Shown: positions 9,312 to 20,075, counted from the first letter of the stretch. The stretch is 64,000 nucleotides of DNA from an uncultured cyanobacterium (GCA_963740315.1 CAVUDP010000002.1:896001-960000), one strand, 5' to 3'. Notes: generated by a model not told the origin, from the letters alone. Made by a program: numbers and translations.

Positions 9312-11258
9312 TTAAGCCTCTCTCCCCGAAGCCCAAGTATCGCGCCACTTAACAGTACCTTCACTGGCAATTACCCAACGACGAGCTAACAAGTTTTCCC
9401 GTAAAGGAGAAGTCCCTTCGCGCAAGATTACATATTTATAACTAATAAGTTTACCGGCGCTTTCATTAAAGGGAATCTCGCTAAACCAAGTATTTGAATT
9501 AATGTACTCCAAAGGATATGCTTTACCGATATCCCAGTTACCTAATTCCGGACAATCACCAATTACGACAATTCTTTCACCGGGTTTGGTATCTACTCCA
9601 TTTAATTGCGCTCTAACTATTGTTTGCGCTTTCAATCTTTCCCCTACATGACTGATAACGATCGCCTCTTTTCCACCAAGTTCTAAGTTATAAATTTTTC
9701 CATCTTTGACTTCAAATTTACGCCCGGTTAATACGCAGGTATGTTCTCTATCGGGTAACTCGGTATCTACTTCTTCTACGGTAACGGCATCACCTCTATT
9801 CAAAGCGACAAAGCAGCGCGAGCCGTTATAGCGGCGCACGTAACAGAAAGTATCTGGTGTAACATATTTCTCCCACTGACTACCCATCGATATCGCCGGA
9901 TTTAAACGACGCAACCCCGAAAGCTTCCGCATATCCCAATAAATAGGGGTTTCGGTATCCCATTTATCCATCATCGGACGGTTGTAGGGATCGTTATTTC
10001 CGTAGATGTTATCATTGCCGTTGGTATCGTTATGCAGATATTGTTCGGTACCGTAAAATAAGCAGGGAATTCCGCGACTAGTCATTAAAAAATCAACCGC
10101 TAAACGCAAATTATCGATATCTGGGTTAATAGTCAGGAAGCGGTGCATATCGTGGTTATCGATAAAAGTGATCAATTCCGTTGCACCGTTGTAGCGATAA
10201 TCCTGCTTTAAAACATCATTAACTAAATAAAACCCAGATTCATCATTCGTTCCTAAAGCTTGACGCAGTGCCATGCACAATCCAAAATCTAGTATAGTCA
10301 TACCAGAGTTATTGACAAATTCTACAGAGCGATCGTCATCTGGGCGGCTGTAAATCCATTCCCCAAAGATAAATACGTCAGGTTTGTGGTTGTACATTTC
10401 GCTGTTAAACTCTTGCCAAAACCAAATTGGCATATGCTTAACTGTATCTACCCTTAAAGCATCAACTCCTCTATCCAACCACTGCTTGATTGCTGATTTT
10501 ATATAACTTCTATACTCAACATTATTTTCATTAAAAGTTGCTAAACCCGATAATTCGCAGTTTTGTACCTGCCATTCACTTTCCCAATCGTTTACTTCCC
10601 CATAATGGTGATACCAGTTGCCTTTATCATCGTTGAAATCGGCAATTTTCACGCCATCATCGTAAAGTTCACCTTTACTACCACCCGTATCGGGGCTGCT
10701 ATGATTGCACACAATATCTAATATCAATTTCATATTGCGCTTGTGCAATTCTTCAACCAAGCGATCGAAAACAGTATTTCTAGTATCTTGAGTTTTATTC
10801 AAAGAAGGTTCATCGTCGGGGGCAATAAACCGAGGATTCAACCGTTTAAAATCCTTCGTCCAATAGCCATGAATTGCCGCACTTTCAATAAATAATTCTT
10901 CAACTTGCTCGAATAAAGGAGTTAACCAAAGAGCGGTAACTCCCAGATTTCTCAAATAATCTAATTTATCAATAACTCCTTTTAAATCTCCTCCCCAATA
11001 CTTCCCCCATTCTTGGCAATCGGGATCGTAAAGTTCCGAATTAAACCCTTTATTATTCTTAGGATTGCCATCGAAAAAACGGTCAACTACAAGAAAATAG
11101 ATAGTTTCTTGGCGAAATTCAATATCCCTAGTGTAGAGAAACTCCAAATTAATATCGGCATCAGAATCAGGAGTTTCTATAATCGCTTTAACTTCAGCTT
11201 GGGGATTTTCTACTTGATATTGAGCTTCCGTTGATTGAGATGGAGGAGTACTTACCAT
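9312..11258 (-). CDS. GH13 alpha-amylase/cyclomaltodextrin glucanotransferase-like enzyme with C-terminal CBM20
   Basis: DIVCNH, DALRVDTVKH, FGEW and FIDNHD catalytic regions; GDCPELGNWD starch-binding motif; no signal peptide. Confidence 0.9.
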   Translation of the reverse strand: MVSTPPSQSTEAQYQVENPQAEVKAIIETPDSDADINLEFLYTRDIEFRQETIYFLVVDRFFDGNPKNNKGFNSELYDPDCQEWGKYWGGDLKGVIDKLDYLRNLGVTALWLTPLFEQVEELFIESAAIHGYWTKDFKRLNPRFIAPDDEPSLNKTQDTRNTVFDRLVEELHKRNMKLILDIVCNHSSPDTGGSKGELYDDGVKIADFNDDKGNWYHHYGEVNDWESEWQVQNCELSGLATFNENNVEYRSYIKSAIKQWLDRGVDALRVDTVKHMPIWFWQEFNSEMYNHKPDVFIFGEWIYSRPDDDRSVEFVNNSGMTILDFGLCMALRQALGTNDESGFYLVNDVLKQDYRYNGATELITFIDNHDMHRFLTINPDIDNLRLAVDFLMTSRGIPCLFYGTEQYLHNDTNGNDNIYGNNDPYNRPMMDKWDTETPIYWDMRKLSGLRRLNPAISMGSQWEKYVTPDTFCYVRRYNGSRCFVALNRGDAVTVEEVDTELPDREHTCVLTGRKFEVKDGKIYNLELGGKEAIVISHVGERLKAQTIVRAQLNGVDTKPGERIVVIGDCPELGNWDIGKAYPLEYINSNTWFSEIPFNESAGKLISYKYVILREGTSPLRENLLARRWVIASEGTVKWRDTWASGREA

Positions 11259-11467
11259 ATAAATTTGTTTAATTTGTGCTTATTTACTTAAGTAATTCAA
11301 TGCTGCTAACGTCAAATCCGTATTCTTACCAATATTTCTCTTTTTCCGTATTTTAATCATTAGAATTGTATTTTATTACTCATTTAGTGGAATACCACCT
11401 TTTTTATATCTACGTCTTCATTCTTTGGATAGAGATTATTTATCAAGGGAATAGGGAGTTATTCTTA

Positions 11468-11520
11468 GTTTGTAGTAAGGAATGCGCGTCCTAATAAGGG
11501 CTGAAGCCCTGACTACGAAC
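11468..11520. repeat. GTAG-type REP doublet
   Basis: GTTTGTAGTAAGG...AGGGCTGAAGCCCTGACTACGAAC between co-oriented genes. Confidence 0.7.
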
Positions 11521-11526
11521 AAATGA

Positions 11527-12081
11527 TTATTGATAATTGTTAATTGTTAATTGAGAAGACTGCAAACCGTGCATATGATTAAACAAACCCCAACAATATT
11601 CTTCAGGTAACTTACAGGTAATCGCACCTCTTAATACAACGTTAAAATACCAATCATTGGGTGCCATCTCTTCCAAAAGTTTGTTTACCACCACATAGGT
11701 GCGGACATTTTTATATACCTTTCCTTGAAAATCAATATCTACAGACTCTTGACGATAGCCACCACGCGGTACATCTTCGCGCTTATCCAAGCTTTCGCTA
11801 AGCCTTGAAGGTAGTCGATAAAGTACTCCATGCACGCTGCTACTAGAATCTTTTACCACATCCAATACGCCACATTTACGGAAAGCACTGTAACGGTAAA
11901 ATCCCAATCTATAATTCTTGAGGATTCCCGCACCCATTACATAAGTGTGGGTATTTTCACCCATAGTGCGCTTCAAATCCACCGGACACATACAGGAACC
12001 GTAAGCGAAATAATAAAACATCGGTTGATGAAGTTGCGATCGCTGCCGATTGTGAGATTCGCGGTGAGTGTGTTTACTCAT
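11527..12081 (-). CDS. Gamma-glutamylcyclotransferase (AIG2-like)
   Basis: YFAYGS, VHGVLY and LDKRE motifs; the true start may be the downstream MFYY ATG. Confidence 0.8.
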   Translation of the reverse strand: MSKHTHRESHNRQRSQLHQPMFYYFAYGSCMCPVDLKRTMGENTHTYVMGAGILKNYRLGFYRYSAFRKCGVLDVVKDSSSSVHGVLYRLPSRLSESLDKREDVPRGGYRQESVDIDFQGKVYKNVRTYVVVNKLLEEMAPNDWYFNVVLRGAITCKLPEEYCWGLFNHMHGLQSSQLTINNYQ

Positions 12082-12165
12082 CTATCTACAGAAATATTTA
12101 TTACATAAGTAAATATATCAATAAATTTGTCTTTTGAGTGTAACAAGCATTTTCCTCAACCTTAA

Positions 12166-12305
12166 AGGATGTTTGACAAGCCACAAATAAGACCAGAAGA
12201 CTTTCGAGATCCCTTAAAAAGGGGGACTTTAACCCCCCTTTTTAAGGGGGGAAGGGGGGATCAAAGCAGTAATGAGGTAACAACAGATACTTTTTTGCCC
12301 ATCCT
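12166..12305. mobile_element. MITE-like element with imperfect TIRs and a C/G-run hairpin core
   Basis: AGGATGTTTGACAAG...CATCCT ends; core CCCCCCTTTTTAAGGGGGG; related end and core at 30470-30550. Confidence 0.45.
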
Positions 12306-12438
12306 CTTCGGTTTCAAATTTTAATCGCCGCGTGTTTATATTTACTTGATTAACAGTTAAAACAGATACAGGGAAGTTAAAAATAATTTCCTAAATGTCT
12401 GCGTAAATAAATATCAAATAAATATATATAAATTCAAT

Positions 12439-14799
12439 ATGGCACAATTAGATAAAAAATCTTTGAGCGAGCAGGATATATGTACTAAATATATCACTCC
12501 GGCTTTGGTGGAAGCTGGTTGGGATATAAAGTCTCATCAGGTACGTCAAGAGGTGAGTTTTACTAAGGGTAAAGTTTTAGTACGCGGTAAGTTGACTAGT
12601 AGAGGTGAAAGTAAACGAGCTGACTATATTCTTTACTATAAAGCGAATATTCCCATCGCTGTAATAGAAGCGAAAGATAATAAGCATAGCGTTGGCAGCG
12701 GGATGCAGCAAGGGTTGGGCTATGCTGAGATACTTGATATTCCCTTTGCTTATAGTTCAAATGGTGATGCTTTTTTAGAACACGATCGCACTGGGATAAC
12801 TGGTAAAATTGAGCAAGAATTGAGCCTCGATAATTTCCCTTCACCCCAGGAGTTATGGCGGCGTTATTGTATTTGGAAGGGAATTGGGGAAGCTGAAAAT
12901 AAGATAGTTACTCAAGATTATTATTCCGATGGTAGCGGGAAGAAACCACGTTACTATCAGTTGACGGCAATTAACCGCACAATTGAAGCGATTACCTTCG
13001 GTAGAGCTTCGCTTAACGCCAAGGGTGAAAACCGGATACTATTGGTAATGGCTACGGGTACGGGTAAGACTTTCACGGCTTTTCAAATTATTTGGCGGTT
13101 GTGGAAGTCGCGCACTAAAAAGCGGATTTTATTTTTAGCTGACAGAAATATTTTAATCGATCAAACTAAGACTAACGATTTTAAACCTTTTGGTAAGGCG
13201 ATGACTAAAATTAGTAAGCGTCAAATTGATAAGTCTTATGAGATTTATTTGGCGCTTTATCAAGGGGTGACGGGGAATGAGTCAGCAAAGAATATTTATA
13301 AGCAGTTTTCTCCGGAATTTTTTGATTTGATAATTATCGATGAATGTCACCGGGGAAGCGCTGCGGAAGATTCAGTTTGGCGAGAGATTTTAGAGTATTT
13401 TAGTAGCGCCGCGCAAGTTGGTTTGACAGCGACACCAAAGGAAACTAAAGATGTTTCTAATATTGATTATTTTGGCGAACCAATCTATACTTATTCGCTG
13501 AAACAAGGTATTGAAGATGGATTTTTAGCGCCTTATAAAGTAATTCGGGTTGATATTGATAAAGATTTATCGGGATGGCGACCAAATGCAGGACAATTAG
13601 ATAAATATGGTCGGGAAATAGAAGATAGAATTTACAATCAAAAGGATATCGATCGCACTTTAGTTTTAGAGAAGCGGACGGAATTAGTTGCGAAGAAAGT
13701 CAGCGAATTTTTGAAAAAGACGGATAGATTTGCTAAAACTATTGTATTTTGCGAAGATATTGACCATGCAGAAAGAATGCGTCAGGCTTTGGTAAATGAA
13801 AATGCCGATTTAGTATTACAAAATCGCAAATACGTGATGCGAATTACTGGCGATGAGAAGGAAGGTAAAGAGGAGTTAGATAACTTTATTTTGCCGGAAA
13901 GTAAATATCCGGTAATTGCTACTACTTCTAAGTTGATGACAACGGGAGTAGATGCTCAAACTTGTAAATTAATAGTATTAGATCGACGCATTCAGTCGAT
14001 GACTGAGTTTAAGCAAATTATCGGTAGGGGAACTAGGATTAATGAAGAATATGGTAAAACTTATTTTACAATTATAGACTTTAAAAAAGCTACAGAATTA
14101 TTCGCTGACTCCGACTTTGATGGCGAACCCGTACAGATTTACGAACCAAATATAAACGAATCTATTGTACCAGTAGAAAAGAGTGAATTTAAATACGGTA
14201 CCGAAAAAGTAAATCAAAAAATAGCGGGAGAAAAACGGACAAAATATGTAGTTGATGATGTAGAAGTTTCAGTTAGTGCGGAAAGAGTTCAATATTATGG
14301 TAAAAACGGCAAGTTAATTACAGAATCATTGAAAGACTATACTCGTAAAACAGTTAGTCAAGAATATGGCTCTTTAGATGACTTTTTACGGCGTTGGAGT
14401 CAGTCAGATAAAAAGCAAGCAATAATTAATGAATTGCACGAACAAGGAATTTTATTTGAAGCCTTAGAAGCAGAAGTTGGAAAAGATTTCAATCCCTTCG
14501 ATTTAATTTGTCACGTAGCATTTGATAAACCACCATTAAGTAGAAAACAACGCGCTCAAAAGGTTTATAAAGGCGATTATTTTAGTAAATATAGCGAAAA
14601 AGCGAAAGCGGTTTTAACTGCTTTGTTAGATAAATATGCTTCAGAAGGAATAGAGGAAATTGAAGGAATGGCAGTTTTGAAAGTTCCACCGTTTACAGAA
14701 TTAGCAACACCGATGGAAATTATTAATTTGTTTGGTGGTAAGCAGAAGTATTTAGCAGCATTAGGGGAATTGAAAACCGAACTTTATCGGGTAGCATGA
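12439..14799 (+). CDS. hsdR: Type I restriction enzyme R subunit, EcoAI/EcoEI-like (carries a 24-nt in-frame insertion)
   Basis: ADYILY...IEAK nuclease motif, [17 protein letters not shown] and QIIGRGTR motifs; EcoEI-type C-terminal domain. Confidence 0.95.
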   Translation: MAQLDKKSLSEQDICTKYITPALVEAGWDIKSHQVRQEVSFTKGKVLVRGKLTSRGESKRADYILYYKANIPIAVIEAKDNKHSVGSGMQQGLGYAEILDIPFAYSSNGDAFLEHDRTGITGKIEQELSLDNFPSPQELWRRYCIWKGIGEAENKIVTQDYYSDGSGKKPRYYQLTAINRTIEAITFGRASLNAKGENRILLVMATGTGKTFTAFQIIWRLWKSRTKKRILFLADRNILIDQTKTNDFKPFGKAMTKISKRQIDKSYEIYLALYQGVTGNESAKNIYKQFSPEFFDLIIIDECHRGSAAEDSVWREILEYFSSAAQVGLTATPKETKDVSNIDYFGEPIYTYSLKQGIEDGFLAPYKVIRVDIDKDLSGWRPNAGQLDKYGREIEDRIYNQKDIDRTLVLEKRTELVAKKVSEFLKKTDRFAKTIVFCEDIDHAERMRQALVNENADLVLQNRKYVMRITGDEKEGKEELDNFILPESKYPVIATTSKLMTTGVDAQTCKLIVLDRRIQSMTEFKQIIGRGTRINEEYGKTYFTIIDFKKATELFADSDFDGEPVQIYEPNINESIVPVEKSEFKYGTEKVNQKIAGEKRTKYVVDDVEVSVSAERVQYYGKNGKLITESLKDYTRKTVSQEYGSLDDFLRRWSQSDKKQAIINELHEQGILFEALEAEVGKDFNPFDLICHVAFDKPPLSRKQRAQKVYKGDYFSKYSEKAKAVLTALLDKYASEGIEEIEGMAVLKVPPFTELATPMEIINLFGGKQKYLAALGELKTELYRVA
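12993..13016 (+). mobile_element. 24-nt small dispersed element inserted in a HIP1 site (SDR5-like)
   Basis: GCGAT|TACCTTCGGTAGAGCTTCGCTTAA|CGC; identical copy (reverse complement) at 54707-54730. Confidence 0.9.
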
Positions 14800-14858
14800 T
14801 TTATTTGGTTCGTAGTAAGGGCATTGGTTCCCTCATAATTCCCGTAATATTTCGCATT

Positions 14859-15023
14859 TTACACCATTCGCGATTAGCCCAGATACCCGCCTCGGAATCA
14901 ATTCCAAGGCTTATATACAAAGTACGTTGAAAACGTACTAAAAGCCTTGCCCAGTCTGATTTATCAGACTTTGTGGTGGGTTCCTGGGAATTTATTCCAA
15001 GGCGGTTATCGCGACTGGTGTAA
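14859..15023. mobile_element. Non-autonomous MITE-like element with nested inverted repeats
   Basis: Ends TTACACCATTCGCGAT and ATCGCGACTGGTGTAA (15/16 complementary); inner arms CCGCCTCGGAAT and ATTCCAAGGCGG; internal hairpins. Confidence 0.65.
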
Positions 15024-15246
15024 GATAAATAGGACTAAATATCAATTTATATGTAAGTTTTGTGGGGTGCGTTAGGCACACAATTAACGTAATTTTTTGA
15101 TTCACCAGAAAATTACGGATTAAAAAACCGCAAAGAGCGCGGAGAGCGCAGAGGAAGAAAGTAAGGAATAGGATTAATATTGGAATTCATCCGCCGTAAA
15201 GCACCAAAAAGTAGTAAATAATGCAATAATTATCCGTTATGTATTT

Positions 15247-15301
15247 GTTTGTAGTAAGGACTTTAGTCCTAATTCCGAGGGCTGAAGCCCTTACTACGAA
15301 C
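15247..15301. repeat. GTAG-type REP doublet upstream of hsdM
   Basis: GTTTGTAGTAAGGACTTTAGTCCT-AATTCCG-AGGGCTGAAGCCCTTACTACGAAC. Confidence 0.75.
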
Positions 15302-15336
15302 GAAAAAATAATTCCTAATTCCTATCTTCTTAAACC

Positions 15337-16785
15337 ATGTCCATCAGCACTACTGTAAAAACTATCCAAGATATCATGCGTATTGATGAAGGTGTCGATG
15401 GTGACGCTCAACGCATTAGTCAGTTGACTTGGATGATTTTTCTTAAGGTTTTTGACGATCGCGAAACGGAATATGAAATTTTTGATGATGATTATGTTTC
15501 GCCTTTACCGGATGAGTTGCGCTGGCGAAGTTGGGCTGCGGATACGGAGGGAATTACGGGTGATGAGTTGCTGGATTTTGTTAATAATCAACTATTTTCT
15601 ACGCTCAAAAATCTTAATTTAGATGAATCTGACTCGAAAGGGCGGATTATTCGCGATGCTTTTGAAGATGCTTTTAATTTTATGAAAAATGGCACTTTGA
15701 TGCGTCAGGTAATTAATAAGCTCAATGAAATTGATTTTAATAATTCTAAGGATAAACAACTTTTTGGCGATATTTACGAACAAATTCTTAAGGATTTGCA
15801 AAATGCTGGGAATGCTGGCGAATATTATACTCCTCGCGCTGTAACTCAGTTTATGGTGGATATGTTAAATCCGCGTTTGGGTGAAAGAATTTTAGATCCG
15901 GCTTGCGGTACTGGTGGTTTTCTGACTTGCGCTTTGGAATATTTGAAAAAGCAGGTGAAAACTGTTGAAGAAAAGGAAAAGTTACAGCGGTTAATTGCAG
16001 GGGTGGAGAAAAAACCTTTACCTCATTTGCTGTGTATTACTAATATGTTATTGCATGAAGTGGAAGTTCCGGAAATTCGTCACGATAACACTTTGGCGCG
16101 TCCGTTACGAGATTATAAACCCCATGAAAAGGTAGATTTAATTGTTACTAATCCGCCGTTTGGTGGCAAGGAAGAAGACGGAATTGAAACTAATTTTCCT
16201 GCTGCTTACCGTACCAAAGAAACGGCAGATTTATTCCTAGTTTTAATTATGCATCTTTTGGTTGATGGCGGACGAGCGGGAATTGTTTTACCCGACGGTA
16301 CGCTGTTTGGGGAAGGTGTGAAAACCCGGATTAAAGAAAAGTTGTTAAGTGAGTGCAATTTACATACAATCGTGCGTTTACCCAACGGTGTTTTTAATCC
16401 CTATACAAGTATTAAAACTAATTTATTGTTCTTTACAAAAGGGAAGCCGACAAAAGAAATTTGGTATTACGAACATCCTTACCCAGCGGGTTATAAGTCT
16501 TATTCTAAAACAAAACCGATACGGATTGAAGAATTTGCAGTTGAGAAAGCTTGGTGGGATAACCGCGAAGAAAATGATTTTGCTTGGAAGGTTTCGGTAG
16601 AAGATATTATTGCTAATGGTTACAATTTAGATATTAAAAACCCCTATCAAGAGAAAGAAAAACATCGGGATTTAGGGGAAATGTTACGGGAATATGGGGA
16701 ATTAAATGCTGGTTTGAGCGAGACGAGGAATTTGTTGAAGGCTGAGTTGATGGGAGCTTTGGGGGATGATGGAGAGAGGGGGTGA
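15337..16785 (+). CDS. hsdM: Type I R-M N6-adenine methyltransferase subunit
   Basis: GEYYTPR, DPACGTGGFL (motif I) and NPPF (motif IV). Confidence 0.95.
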   Translation: MSISTTVKTIQDIMRIDEGVDGDAQRISQLTWMIFLKVFDDRETEYEIFDDDYVSPLPDELRWRSWAADTEGITGDELLDFVNNQLFSTLKNLNLDESDSKGRIIRDAFEDAFNFMKNGTLMRQVINKLNEIDFNNSKDKQLFGDIYEQILKDLQNAGNAGEYYTPRAVTQFMVDMLNPRLGERILDPACGTGGFLTCALEYLKKQVKTVEEKEKLQRLIAGVEKKPLPHLLCITNMLLHEVEVPEIRHDNTLARPLRDYKPHEKVDLIVTNPPFGGKEEDGIETNFPAAYRTKETADLFLVLIMHLLVDGGRAGIVLPDGTLFGEGVKTRIKEKLLSECNLHTIVRLPNGVFNPYTSIKTNLLFFTKGKPTKEIWYYEHPYPAGYKSYSKTKPIRIEEFAVEKAWWDNREENDFAWKVSVEDIIANGYNLDIKNPYQEKEKHRDLGEMLREYGELNAGLSETRNLLKAELMGALGDDGERG

Positions 16786-16833
16786 TGGGGTGATGGGGTG
16801 ATGGGGAGATGGGGTGATGGGGTGATGGGGAGA
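16762..16833. repeat. Octamer tandem repeat (GGGGTGAT/GGGGAGAT) overlapping the hsdM stop
   Basis: Visible tandem copies; same family at 26882-26935 and 63303-63367. Confidence 0.8.
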
Positions 16834-17034
16834 TAAAGATAATTTTAACTGCGTGGGTTTAAGAGATTATTAAGCAAATAATATTTAGGAATAAATAGAG
16901 GATATCGTGTTTTATTCAAAATCTTGGAAACCTAACCCCCTAACCCCCTTCCCGGAGCAGGGAATGGGGGAAATATCAAAGCTTTTCTCCTAAGAGGATT
17001 AAGGTTTGGAGAGAGGTTAAACGGAGGTTTATTG

Positions 17035-17655
17035 ATGGCGTACAGTAATTTTACCTTAGCTAAAGTTAAAGCAGATTTTGGGTTAACGGTTGATGAAACG
17101 CAAAATTTATTTAATAATATTCCAGCCGTTGAGCCATCGGAAATTTTAACTATGATTTTGCAAGATTATATTCCATTGGCTACTGCAATTGGCACAGAAA
17201 AAGCTCGATCTGAATTTCTGATTGCACCGATTTTAAGTGAAGTTAGAAGGCAATTAAATAATCAAGTTAGTTTATTTTCTGGTACGGATTTTAATGTCGA
17301 TATTGAAAAAGGACTTTTGGGATACTGCGATTTTTTAATTAGTGCTTCTTCAGAGCAATTTTTTATTAGCGCTCCGGTAATTAATATTGTAGAAGCAAAG
17401 AACGAAAATATTATTAGCGGATTGGGACAATGCATTGCGGAAATGGTAGCATCTCAGATTTTTAATCAACGTCAAGGTATTGATATTCCGGTTATTTATG
17501 GTGCAGTTACCAGTGGGACTAATTGGCGTTTTTTGATGTTAAATGAAACCTTAGTTTGTATTGATATGGTGGAATATTATATTAATCAGGTTGATAAGAT
17601 TTTAGGAATTATTATAAATCCGATTCAAGCTTATTTGGCGAGGGTTAATGCGTGA
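17035..17655 (+). CDS. Conserved cyanobacterial protein with a PD-(D/E)XK-like motif
   Basis: MAYSNFTL start; GYCDFLI...IVEAK, GLGQCIAEM and YGAVTSG..W.F motifs, similar to HsdR N-terminal-type nuclease folds. Confidence 0.65.
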   Translation: MAYSNFTLAKVKADFGLTVDETQNLFNNIPAVEPSEILTMILQDYIPLATAIGTEKARSEFLIAPILSEVRRQLNNQVSLFSGTDFNVDIEKGLLGYCDFLISASSEQFFISAPVINIVEAKNENIISGLGQCIAEMVASQIFNQRQGIDIPVIYGAVTSGTNWRFLMLNETLVCIDMVEYYINQVDKILGIIINPIQAYLARVNA

Positions 17656-17741
17656 ATATAATAAATTTTGGTATTATAGGAATACTAAAATATAGAATTG
17701 TTTAATAAAACTTATAACTTTATAGGAAACAAGGTAGTTAA

Positions 17742-17972
17742 ATGTTTGAACGTATTACTTTTGACCCGCAAATTATGGGTGGACGCGCTTGTATTCGCGG
17801 TATGCGAATTACTGTATCTTTGGTGTTGAGTTTGGTTGCAAATCGGATGACAACTGAGGAAATTATAGAAGCTTATCCTTATTTAGAAGCAGAAGATATT
17901 CAAGCTAGTCTTCAATATGCAGCATTTCTAGCTAACGAACAAATTCGTCCTTTTACCGAAAAAACAGCATGA
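17742..17972 (+). CDS. DUF433 antitoxin
   Basis: RITFDPQIMGGRACIRGMRITV...EEIIEAYPYL motif. Confidence 0.9.
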   Translation: MFERITFDPQIMGGRACIRGMRITVSLVLSLVANRMTTEEIIEAYPYLEAEDIQASLQYAAFLANEQIRPFTEKTA

Positions 17973-18334
17973 AATTTTTGGCGGATATGGGTGTTTCTCC
18001 TTTGACAGTTCAGGTATTACGACAAGCAGGATACGATGCTATACATCTAATCGAAGAAGGTTTAGAACGTATGCGTGATGAGGAGATTGTAATCAAAGCA
18101 AGGCAAGAAGAACGAATTATTTTAACTTTTGATTTAGATTTTGCTGAATTATTAGCACTAAGTAAAGCGAGCTTACCTAATGTGATTATTTTCCGTTTAA
18201 AAAATACTGTTCCTCAATTTGTCAGTAGTAGATTACTAAATCTAATTTCTGAGTATGCAGAACAATTAAATTCAGGTGCAATTGTAACAGTTGAAGATGC
18301 ACGTTACCGCGTTCGGCAATTACCGCTTCAATAA
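17969..18334 (+). CDS. DUF5615 PIN-like toxin
   Basis: MKFLADMG, D.EI and RIILTFDLDF motifs; ATGA overlap with the DUF433 gene. Confidence 0.85.
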   Translation: MKFLADMGVSPLTVQVLRQAGYDAIHLIEEGLERMRDEEIVIKARQEERIILTFDLDFAELLALSKASLPNVIIFRLKNTVPQFVSSRLLNLISEYAEQLNSGAIVTVEDARYRVRQLPLQ

Positions 18335-18343
18335 AAAATATTT

Positions 18344-20068
18344 ATGAATTTAGAAACCTTTTTTTCCAACTTTGAATTATTCGCCGATGCACCGAATGGC
18401 GTGCAGAAATTACGCGAATTGATTTTACAATTAGCCGTACAGGGAAAATTAGTTCCGCAAAATCCCGATGATGAACCCGCTGCGGTTTTGTTGGAGAAGA
18501 TAAAAGCAGAGAAGGAAAGGTTAGTTAAGGAAGGGAAGATTAAGAAGTCGAAGGAATTGCCACCTGTTGATGTGGGTGAGATGGCTTTTGATTTACCGCA
18601 GGGTTGGGAGTGGGTGAGATGGGAAGATGTTGCTTTTCAAATTGGAGATGTAGATCATAAAATGCCTCAACAAGCTGAAGATGGCATACCCTATGTATCA
18701 CCTAGAGACTTCACAAAAGAAGGTGATATTGATTTTTCAGCGGCAAAAAAAATATCAATCGAAGATTTTGAACGACTACGACAGAAAATACAACCTCAAA
18801 AAGATGACATTATTTTTCCAAGATACGGAACAATAGGTGTTAACAGATATGTAAATACAGATATAGATTTTCTAGCTTCTTATTCTTGCGCTGTAATTAA
18901 GAATTTTTCTGGTTTTATTAGTCCAAAATATTCATACTATTACTCTATATCGTTACTGATTAAAAGCGAAATTACCAGATACATCAATAAAACTACACAA
19001 GCAAATGTTGGAGTCAAGTCAATACAAAATTTTATATTCCCCCTCCCCCCACTCAACGAACAACACCGAATCGTTGCCAAAGTAGACGCGCTGATGAAAC
19101 TATGCGACGAATTGGAAACACGATCGCAATTGGAGCGCGATCGCATTCTCAAATTAGGAGAAGTCGCAACCACCAAGTTACTCACCCCCAGCACCCAAGA
19201 ATCTTTTAAGCAGCACTGGAAAACCATCAGCGACAACTTCGACTTACTTTACAGCACCCCCGAAAACGTCAAACAACTGCGTCAAGCTATTCTGCAACTC
19301 GCTGTCATGGGTAAGTTAGTTCCGCAAAATCCATCGGATGAACCCGCTTCGGTTTTGCTGGAGAAGATTAAAGCTGAGAAGGAAAGGTTAGTTAAGGAAG
19401 GGAAGATTAAGAAGTCGAAGGAGTTGCCGTCTGTTGATGTGGGTGAGATGGCTTTTGATTTGCCGCAGGGTTGGGAGTGGGTGAGGTTAGGAGAAACAGC
19501 AAAAGTAATTGAGTATGGAACATCTTATAAATCAGTAGATGCAGGAGAAACAATTCCTATTTTTAGGATGAATAATATCCAAAACGGTCAAATTATCTTT
19601 AATAACCTCAAATATGTCCCAGATTCGATAAAAGATTTACCTAGACTTTACCTAGAAAATAATGACATTCTTTTTAATCGAACGAATAGTTATGAATTAG
19701 TTGGTAAGACAGGTATTTTTAAAGCAGAAAGTAACCAATATACTTTTGCTTCATATTTAATTCGAGTTTCTCTTTTTTATGAGTATATAAATCCAGAGTT
19801 TATTAATATCTCAATGAATTCTTGCTACTTTAGACAAACTCAGATTGAACCTGAAATTACACAGCAGTGTGGACAAGCAAATTTCAATGGAACAAAGCTG
19901 AAAAATTCAATTATTCCCCTCCCACCCCTCAACGAACAACACCGCATCGTCACCAAAGTAAACCAAATGATGTCTTTATGCGATGAACTTGAAGCTAAGC
20001 TAACGCAGTCTATCGGGGATAGAGAGAAGTTGATGTCGGCAGCAGTGCGTCAGGTTTTGGCGGCTTGA
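18344..20068 (+). CDS. hsdS: Type I R-M specificity subunit (two TRDs)
   Basis: Duplicated LAV.GKLVPQ.P.DEPA and LPQGWEWVR segments, and PLPPLNEQHRIV; 170-nt near-identical repeats at 18449-18618 and 19316-19485. Confidence 0.95.
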   Translation: MNLETFFSNFELFADAPNGVQKLRELILQLAVQGKLVPQNPDDEPAAVLLEKIKAEKERLVKEGKIKKSKELPPVDVGEMAFDLPQGWEWVRWEDVAFQIGDVDHKMPQQAEDGIPYVSPRDFTKEGDIDFSAAKKISIEDFERLRQKIQPQKDDIIFPRYGTIGVNRYVNTDIDFLASYSCAVIKNFSGFISPKYSYYYSISLLIKSEITRYINKTTQANVGVKSIQNFIFPLPPLNEQHRIVAKVDALMKLCDELETRSQLERDRILKLGEVATTKLLTPSTQESFKQHWKTISDNFDLLYSTPENVKQLRQAILQLAVMGKLVPQNPSDEPASVLLEKIKAEKERLVKEGKIKKSKELPSVDVGEMAFDLPQGWEWVRLGETAKVIEYGTSYKSVDAGETIPIFRMNNIQNGQIIFNNLKYVPDSIKDLPRLYLENNDILFNRTNSYELVGKTGIFKAESNQYTFASYLIRVSLFYEYINPEFINISMNSCYFRQTQIEPEITQQCGQANFNGTKLKNSIIPLPPLNEQHRIVTKVNQMMSLCDELEAKLTQSIGDREKLMSAAVRQVLAA

Positions 20069-20075
20069 TTTTTAT

